Made by a program: the position numbers and the translations under genes. Source: Staphylococcus epidermidis (lineage in GTDB: Bacteria > Bacillota_I > Bacilli_A > RFN20 > CAG-826). From it: 64,000 nucleotides of DNA. Within the stretch, counting starts at the first letter, position 1. Each line of letters starts with the position of its first letter. The notes beneath the pieces were generated by a model. The model worked only from the letters and a program-made list of their open reading frames with translations. It had not been told where the DNA came from and searched no databases. Below are positions 57,916 through 64,000 of the stretch, piece after piece. Location of the stretch: positions 21,656 to 85,655 of the forward strand of contig CAMBSI010000001.1 in NCBI GenBank assembly GCA_945870555.1. The letters are read 5' to 3'.

Positions 57916-58020
57916 ATGCGAAAAGAACTTTCTTCCTTATTAGTCTTAGTCTCAACGGTGGTGACCATTTTTATTTTACTCATTTTATTTTTTTTAGGGG
58001 TGGTTCAATTAAACGTATGA
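57916..58020 (+). CDS. Possible 34-aa hydrophobic micro-ORF, leaderless, stop overlapping the ruvA start (ATGA)
   Basis: MRKELSSLLVLVSTVVTIFILLILFFLGVVQLNV. TATAAT at 57903-57908 immediately upstream. TGA 58018-58020 overlaps ruvA ATG 58017-58019. Confidence 0.25.
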   Translation: MRKELSSLLVLVSTVVTIFILLILFFLGVVQLNV

Positions 58021-58592
58021 TTTATTCATTAACTGGCTTGGTTGTCAAACTTCAACCCGATTCATTGGTCATCGAAGTGCAAGGGATTGGCTACTTTGTT
58101 CACTTGGCAAAACCAGAAAATTTCCATCTCAATGAAATCAATCATGTCTATACGTACCATGTGATCCGGGAAGCAGATGAATTTTTAGTTGGATTTGCAA
58201 ACCTCCTCGAAAAGAGGCTTTTTGAACAATTGATTTCCGTTAAGGGAATTGGACCAAAAACGGCAATTGGTGCTTTATCAGGTGCGACCTCCGAGCAAAT
58301 TATCCAAGGCATTAACGAAGGAAACGTTGCCTTTTTGAAATCTTTACCGAGTATCGGCCCGAAAGCAGCAAGTCAAATTATTTTGGATTTAAAAGGGAAA
58401 ATTACGTTCGACACACCGAAGCAACCATCCAGCCATGCTCCAGAAGATAAGAAATTAACGGAAGTCAGGGATGCCCTCAAATCCCTTGGTTTTAAAACCA
58501 ATGAAATCGATCGCGCCTTAAGAGAAATGACAAGTGAAAATCTCACGGTGGAACAATTAATTAAAGTGGCGCTAAAACGACTTGGTAAATAA
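58017..58592 (+). CDS. ruvA: Holliday junction DNA helicase RuvA
   Basis: IxxLxG OB-fold N-terminus (MIYSLTGLVV) and HhH pairs (GIGPKTA..., LPSIGPKAA). Confidence 0.93.
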   Translation: MIYSLTGLVVKLQPDSLVIEVQGIGYFVHLAKPENFHLNEINHVYTYHVIREADEFLVGFANLLEKRLFEQLISVKGIGPKTAIGALSGATSEQIIQGINEGNVAFLKSLPSIGPKAASQIILDLKGKITFDTPKQPSSHAPEDKKLTEVRDALKSLGFKTNEIDRALREMTSENLTVEQLIKVALKRLGK

Positions 58593-58594
58593 CG

Positions 58595-59599
58595 ATGGCA
58601 AGAATTGTTGATGCAAAAAAAGATCAAGACGAACTCAATGAAGAATTGTCTTTAAGACCGCAACTTTTAAGTGAGTATATTGGTCAAAAACAACTATTAG
58701 ATAATTTAAAAGTCTTCATCGGTGCTGCAAAACATCGCCAAGAGACACTTGACCATTTGCTATTGTATGGTCCCCCAGGTTTAGGTAAAACCACCTTGGC
58801 CCATATCATTGCTCATGAAATGAAAAGTCAGATAAAAACCGTGACCGGTCCAAGTATTGAACGTACGGGTGATTTGGCAGCCATTTTGACCGCGCTTGAA
58901 CCCGGAGATATTTTATTTATTGATGAAATTCATCGTTTACCTGCCATTGTTGAAGAAGTGCTTTATGGCGCGATGGAAGATTTTCACTTATCGGTGTTGG
59001 TGAATCGTGAAGGTAGTAGTCGAACCCTTAATTTAGAGCTCCCGCCATTTACATTAATTGGTGCAACGACTCGGGCAGGTGACTTATCCTCACCTTTAAG
59101 AGGGCGATTTGGTATCACTGAAAAACTAAACTTTTATTCCCAACAAGAAATCGAACAAATTATTCGCCGGACTGCAAAAGTCCTACGAACACCAATTGAA
59201 GAGGGTGCAGTGGTGGAGTTAGGCAAACGTTCCCGTGGCACCCCAAGAATTGCCAATCGATTGTTTCGCCGCATTCGTGACTTTGCACATTTTGAAAAAC
59301 AACTCTCCATTACTCTACCCCTGACGAACAAAGCCCTCCAAGCTTTAAAGGTAGATCCGCTTGGTTTGGATGATGTGGATTTAAGGTATTTATTAGGCAT
59401 TATTGATCGCTTTAAGGGTGGTCCGGTGGGATTAGAAGCGCTAGCATCTGCAATTGGTGAAGAAATCATGAATTTAGAGGATGTCTATGAACCGTATTTG
59501 CTACAAATCGGTATGATTAATCGAACCCCTCGTGGTCGGGTCGCAACTGAAAAAGCTTATCATCATTTACATCGACCTTTTCAAGGGTTGTTATTTTAA
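58595..59599 (+). CDS. ruvB: Holliday junction DNA helicase RuvB
   Basis: LRPQLLSEYIGQ N-terminus, Walker A (GPPGLGKTT) and Walker B (DEIHRL). Confidence 0.96.
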   Translation: MARIVDAKKDQDELNEELSLRPQLLSEYIGQKQLLDNLKVFIGAAKHRQETLDHLLLYGPPGLGKTTLAHIIAHEMKSQIKTVTGPSIERTGDLAAILTALEPGDILFIDEIHRLPAIVEEVLYGAMEDFHLSVLVNREGSSRTLNLELPPFTLIGATTRAGDLSSPLRGRFGITEKLNFYSQQEIEQIIRRTAKVLRTPIEEGAVVELGKRSRGTPRIANRLFRRIRDFAHFEKQLSITLPLTNKALQALKVDPLGLDDVDLRYLLGIIDRFKGGPVGLEALASAIGEEIMNLEDVYEPYLLQIGMINRTPRGRVATEKAYHHLHRPFQGLLF

Positions 59600-59704
59600 G
59601 AGAATTCGCAATTTTTCTACTTTTTTCAATTGAAATCAGCACCCAAACATAGTAAAGTGTTATAGCGACATTTGTCGTTGAGATGACCTTGTGGAGGATT
59701 ACCC

Positions 59705-62266
59705 ATGCGAAGATTGTTAAGTTACTTCATTTTATCGCTTACCACGTTTTTTCTAGTTGCATTTAACCTCCTTTCCCTACTCGGTGGTTTGAATGCAAAC
59801 TTAGAATTTACTTCCGGACGAGAAATGGTCTTCCGAATTGAAGATAAAGAAAATAATGATTTTGTGTTTGCAAACGATGAAGACGTCACCACCATCGCGG
59901 AAACGATGATTGATCGTTTAGAAAATGCTTTAGTTACCAAATACGACGTGGTCGTGGAAGGTTTCGATCAAATCCGTGTAACGGTTTCTGAAACCTCAGA
60001 AACAAAATATAGCCGCCTCCAAAATTACTTATCCTTTGATGCCGATTTTACCTTATGCACCACGACCGAAGTTTGCGCAACCAATGACCAAATGTTTGAT
60101 GGCCAAACTGCTCGAATTGAATACAAAGGTCAAAATCCATTTGTCGTGTTTCCCGTTAAGGACCTCACGTACTTAAAAGAAGTGCTCATCACCGAAGCAG
60201 GTGGTGCTGAAAGTACCGATGGCGAGTTACTCTTATGGGCTGGAAAATTAGAATCCGATACGTACTCCGAAGCCTTAAACGATACGGAAATGGCCAGTAA
60301 AATTATCCTGCGCTTACCCGTGAATAACCTTTGGTGGGATGCTGACAATCAAACCGAGCTTGCCTTTCTAGTTTCTCCATCGAAATATGGCAGTGCCAAT
60401 GAAAACAATATCTTTGATGCAGCGGTCGTTGCTCAAGCAAATGAAGAAGCCATTTTTTATCGGAATCTAGTGAATGCTGGTGACTTAGCGTATACGGTTG
60501 AGTTTTTATATTCACAAAATATTCCTGCCTCGATTGAATCGTTGATATCTTTAGATACGATTCTTTCCATTGCAAATAGTCAAACCTTATGGGCATTCCT
60601 CTCCGCGATGTTGATGATGACATTGGTCCTCTTTATCGTCTATCGCGTTGGTGCTGTTGGTATATTAGCAACCACGACGCTATCGGTATTTGTGACGTTT
60701 TTCACATTTGTTTGGTTAAATCTTGAATTTTCAAGTGCCGCATTACTTGGATTGATTACGGTTGGCATTCTCGGATTAATGACGTCTGTCGTTTATATGA
60801 GTTATATCCGCCGTGAAATTTATCAAGGAAGATCCCTAAAGAAGTCTTACCTTGAAGCCAATGCAAAAATGCTTCCTTTAATGATTGATATGTCCGTGGT
60901 TGGCATCGTCTTTGGGCTATTTATTTACATCCTTGGCGGCAATCTTTCCTCAAGTTTTGCTGTGATTTTAATGATTGGATCCTTGATGAACCTGGTGATT
61001 GTGTTCTTGGGTAATCAATTGTTATTTGGGCAAATGCTCCAATCGACCACGGTGCAACAACATCTCAATCTATTGAATCTCAATACCAAATTCATCCCAG
61101 ACCTCGTTAAGGATCAAAAACCAGTTTATTTTGGTAGATTTGCAACCAGGGATTTTACCTCCAAAGGTACCCTTTTGTCGCCAATTGCCGTCATTGGTGG
61201 GTTGTTATCGTTAACCGCCATTTTAGTTTTAACCACCTTTAATGTACCGGTCGTTCAAGAACCATTAGACACCAATTCAAATCGCCTTTATTTGGAAGTG
61301 AAGACCTTTTCTCAATTTGAAACCACCGCCGATGTTCAATCACTCTTAATCGATCGTATTTTTATTGATGGTGAAGCATTAGTCCTCGCCACCGACAACA
61401 TCGAAATCCATGAATTGTCCCGTGTTGAAAACGATATTGATGTTGAATACCGCATCTTTATGGCTGAACTTGCCTTAACCATCACCGCTGAAAGCGTCTT
61501 TACCTTTGATGATGGCGTGAACGCATCAATCGAATTTGCAACCTTTAATGAGTTGCTTGAAGAAGTGATTAATGGGGTCTATGAGGATGACCAAGTTGTG
61601 GTCTATGGCTTTTATCCTGCAACGGCAATCAATAACCAACCGACCGTTTTTGATATCACCGTCAGTGCATTGCTCGCTTTATTGCTTGTTGGTGTCTACC
61701 TTGCATTACGTAAGGGAATCGCCAAAGCGTTAACGATGATTTGGGTCAGTGGCGCAGTTGGATTATTAACCTTAGGCATCTTTATTGCCACGAGAATTCC
61801 ATCTCCGGCAACGATAGCTTTAAGTTTGTTAACATTAATTTATTTTAGCGTATTGGCAATTTTGGTCATCTTTGCAAGAGCAAAAGAACAACAGCTACTG
61901 ATTACCGATCGCGCGTTAACCCTTGATGATTTCACCCTATCCTTGAAAAAAGCCTCTAGCCAATCTGCAAGCAGTATTTTCTTAACCTTGCTCGCCTTGG
62001 TTTACTTAGGCTTAACCTTCCTTGCCATTGGGCCAGGTGCATTACAAGCCATGTTTGCCGCCTTATTATTGGGTGGGGCATTATTGGCGTTGTTTACAAC
62101 CGCTATCCTTCCTGCAACGTTTAAACCTTTTTACCGCTTATTTAAAGGTTTTAATCGTTCACTTTCTTTCAATTGGTTAACTCGCCGCGGGTCAAAAGTG
62201 GTTCAAGCCTCATCCAAACGTAGCAATGAACCTCAAGAAGCAACCTTCATCGGTATCAACGATTAA
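59705..62266 (+). CDS. secDF: Fused protein translocase subunit SecDF
   Basis: 853 aa with two sets of six TM helices, each preceded by a periplasmic-type domain. SecD and SecF lie in one polypeptide. Confidence 0.85.
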   Translation: MRRLLSYFILSLTTFFLVAFNLLSLLGGLNANLEFTSGREMVFRIEDKENNDFVFANDEDVTTIAETMIDRLENALVTKYDVVVEGFDQIRVTVSETSETKYSRLQNYLSFDADFTLCTTTEVCATNDQMFDGQTARIEYKGQNPFVVFPVKDLTYLKEVLITEAGGAESTDGELLLWAGKLESDTYSEALNDTEMASKIILRLPVNNLWWDADNQTELAFLVSPSKYGSANENNIFDAAVVAQANEEAIFYRNLVNAGDLAYTVEFLYSQNIPASIESLISLDTILSIANSQTLWAFLSAMLMMTLVLFIVYRVGAVGILATTTLSVFVTFFTFVWLNLEFSSAALLGLITVGILGLMTSVVYMSYIRREIYQGRSLKKSYLEANAKMLPLMIDMSVVGIVFGLFIYILGGNLSSSFAVILMIGSLMNLVIVFLGNQLLFGQMLQSTTVQQHLNLLNLNTKFIPDLVKDQKPVYFGRFATRDFTSKGTLLSPIAVIGGLLSLTAILVLTTFNVPVVQEPLDTNSNRLYLEVKTFSQFETTADVQSLLIDRIFIDGEALVLATDNIEIHELSRVENDIDVEYRIFMAELALTITAESVFTFDDGVNASIEFATFNELLEEVINGVYEDDQVVVYGFYPATAINNQPTVFDITVSALLALLLVGVYLALRKGIAKALTMIWVSGAVGLLTLGIFIATRIPSPATIALSLLTLIYFSVLAILVIFARAKEQQLLITDRALTLDDFTLSLKKASSQSASSIFLTLLALVYLGLTFLAIGPGALQAMFAALLLGGALLALFTTAILPATFKPFYRLFKGFNRSLSFNWLTRRGSKVVQASSKRSNEPQEATFIGIND

Positions 62267-62281
62267 TTGAGGTCAACAAAA

Positions 62282-62310
62282 AAACCCTATTTTATATAGG
62301 GTTTTTTATT
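62282..62310 (+). terminator. Intrinsic terminator after secDF
   Basis: AAACCCTAT-TTTAT-ATAGGGTTT followed by T-runs. Confidence 0.75.
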
Positions 62311-62328
62311 TTTTTGTTATAATTTACC

Positions 62329-64000
62329 ATGATGATCAATCAAATCAAAAAGCATGTTTTTCATACCTTTGGTGATGTAGAAGAAAAGTATTTTTCTTAT
62401 ATCACAAAACCCGAAGATCGCGAACTGATTCAACGGGCTTATAAATTTGCAGATGATAAACATACAGGTATATTTCGCAAAAGCGGTGAACCTTATATCC
62501 ATCATTTAATTGAAGTTGCCTATATTCTTGCATCGCTGCAAGGTGGTCCGCATACCATTGCCGCTGGGTTTCTTCACGATGTGGTTGAAGATACCGACAT
62601 CACCGTTGAAGATCTCAAAAAAGCATTTAATGAAGATATTGCTTCATTGGTTGAGTCCTTAACCAACATCCAACGCTTAAAATTATCGCATCGAAAACCG
62701 GAAGATTTTGCTGCAGAAGATCATCGAAAAATCTTTTTGGGTATGGCCCGTGATATTCGCGTCATTATTATTAAGCTTGCGGACCGACTTCATAATATGC
62801 GAACGCTTCAAGCGCTTTCCCCGATCAGACAAAAAGTGCTAGCGAAAGAATCTTTAGAGGTTTTTGCCCCGATTGCCCATCGTTTGGGAATGTTTGAAAT
62901 TAAAACCGAACTTGAAGATTTATCGATTCAGTATCTTCAACCTGAAAAATATCAAATGGTGATCGAACAACTTGATAAACGCACAAAAAATCGAGAAAAA
63001 TCGCTAGATGAAGTTAAGAAGAAAATCGCCGACATGTTACTACAATATAAGCTACAGTTTTCAATTGAAAGTCGAGTGAAAGGGATTTATTCAATTTATC
63101 GAAAGGTGTTTATCCAAGAACATAATTTCGATGAAATTTATGATATTCTTGCCATTCGATTAATCACCGATACGGTTGCCCATTGTTACGAAATTCTTGG
63201 ATATATTCACACGATTTTTACCCCCATTTCCAATCGCTTTAAGGATTATATTGCAGCACCGAAACCGAATTTATATCAATCGTTACATACCACGATTATT
63301 GCCAAGGATGGGCAAGTTTTTGAAGTACAAATTCGGACGAAAGAAATGGATGCCTTAGCCGAAACCGGTGTTGCCGCGCATTGGCGTTATAAAGAAGGCA
63401 CCAACTATAGTCCGCAAAAAGAACAAAAAGAAATCGAAGAAAAATTGTTTTGGTTCCGGGATTTTATTTCTCTAGCGGATAAAGAAGGCGATGCCAAAGA
63501 AGTCATGGAAAACCTTCAAAAAGATATTTTTGAATCTCAAGTTTACGTCTTTACGCCGAAAGGCAAACTCGTTGAACTTCCCAACGGATCAACCCCATTA
63601 GATTTTGCATACCGGGTTCATACCGGGGTTGGGCATAGCGCGGTGGGTGGCATTGTCAATGGATCCTTGGTGCCCTTAAGTACTATTTTAAGAACAGGTG
63701 ATGTTATCGAAATTCGGACCTCCAACGCATCCCCCGGTCCGAACGAGGGATGGTTAAAAATTGCTTATACGGCAACAGCAAAAAACCATATTCGTAAATT
63801 CTTACAAAAGAAAAATAATGATATGGTTCGTGACGAAAAGATCATTAAAGGTAAAGACAATTGTGTCGATGCTTTCCGTGAACACGGGATTCAAGAAAAA
63901 GAAATGATGACACTGGTCAATCAACCCAAAGTCCTCCAAAAATTTGAAATGGCAACGTTGGATGATTTATTCATCGGCATGAATAATCGTAATCCAGCAC
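62329..64000 (+). CDS. rel: (p)ppGpp synthetase/hydrolase Rel (RelA/SpoT), 3' end beyond window
   Basis: HD hydrolase domain (HxxxVA...HDVVEDT), synthetase motifs (RVKGIYSIYRK, HTTIIAKDG) and a TGS region. The ORF is open to the window end. TGtTATAAT at 62315-62323 with ATG 62329 and no SD. Confidence 0.9.
   Translation, partial: MMINQIKKHVFHTFGDVEEKYFSYITKPEDRELIQRAYKFADDKHTGIFRKSGEPYIHHLIEVAYILASLQGGPHTIAAGFLHDVVEDTDITVEDLKKAFNEDIASLVESLTNIQRLKLSHRKPEDFAAEDHRKIFLGMARDIRVIIIKLADRLHNMRTLQALSPIRQKVLAKESLEVFAPIAHRLGMFEIKTELEDLSIQYLQPEKYQMVIEQLDKRTKNREKSLDEVKKKIADMLLQYKLQFSIESRVKGIYSIYRKVFIQEHNFDEIYDILAIRLITDTVAHCYEILGYIHTIFTPISNRFKDYIAAPKPNLYQSLHTTIIAKDGQVFEVQIRTKEMDALAETGVAAHWRYKEGTNYSPQKEQKEIEEKLFWFRDFISLADKEGDAKEVMENLQKDIFESQVYVFTPKGKLVELPNGSTPLDFAYRVHTGVGHSAVGGIVNGSLVPLSTILRTGDVIEIRTSNASPGPNEGWLKIAYTATAKNHIRKFLQKKNNDMVRDEKIIKGKDNCVDAFREHGIQEKEMMTLVNQPKVLQKFEMATLDDLFIGMNNRNPA

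Noticed and set aside
1-64000. CRISPR arrays, IS elements, integrases, phage genes, toxin-antitoxin or defence islands
   Set aside because: No direct-repeat arrays, transposase, integrase or phage-like ORFs are present, and every ORF over 150 aa has a housekeeping assignment consistent with conserved Firmicutes synteny.

Overview
Low-GC (about 38-40%) Firmicutes/Mollicutes-type chromosomal core region, densely packed with housekeeping genes on both strands. In order: ezrA (5' end outside the window), the infC-rpmI-rplT operon with its L20 attenuator leader, T-box-controlled thrS, a glycolytic pair (pyk, pfkA) preceded by an unusual tandem AdoMetDC-fold protein, dnaB-dnaI, a fused mutM-coaE gene, polA, dnaE, nrnA, ackA, glgB-glgP, four small enzymes, T-box-controlled pheST, a minimal division cluster (mraZ-rsmH, two tiny TM ORFs, ftsA-ftsZ), T-box-controlled ileS, lspA, rluD, rnhC, mutS2, uvrC, tRNA-Arg(TCT), tig, lon behind tandem CIRCE operators, engB, T-box-controlled valS, radC, rplU-prp-rpmA, a GT2 glycosyltransferase, obg, ruvAB, a fused secDF and the start of rel. 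No mobile elements, CRISPR arrays or obvious defence or toxin systems are visible. The points most worth follow-up are the pseudo-dimeric AdoMetDC-like protein, the Fpg-CoaE fusion, an unannotated small ORF with a double-glycine-leader-like N-terminus upstream of radC, tandem CIRCE elements on lon, an MraZ-box-like repeat, several apparently leaderless genes, and a genome-reduction signature: no pbp/mur/divIVA/mreBCD/minCD/queA-tgt at their usual positions, and secDF fused.
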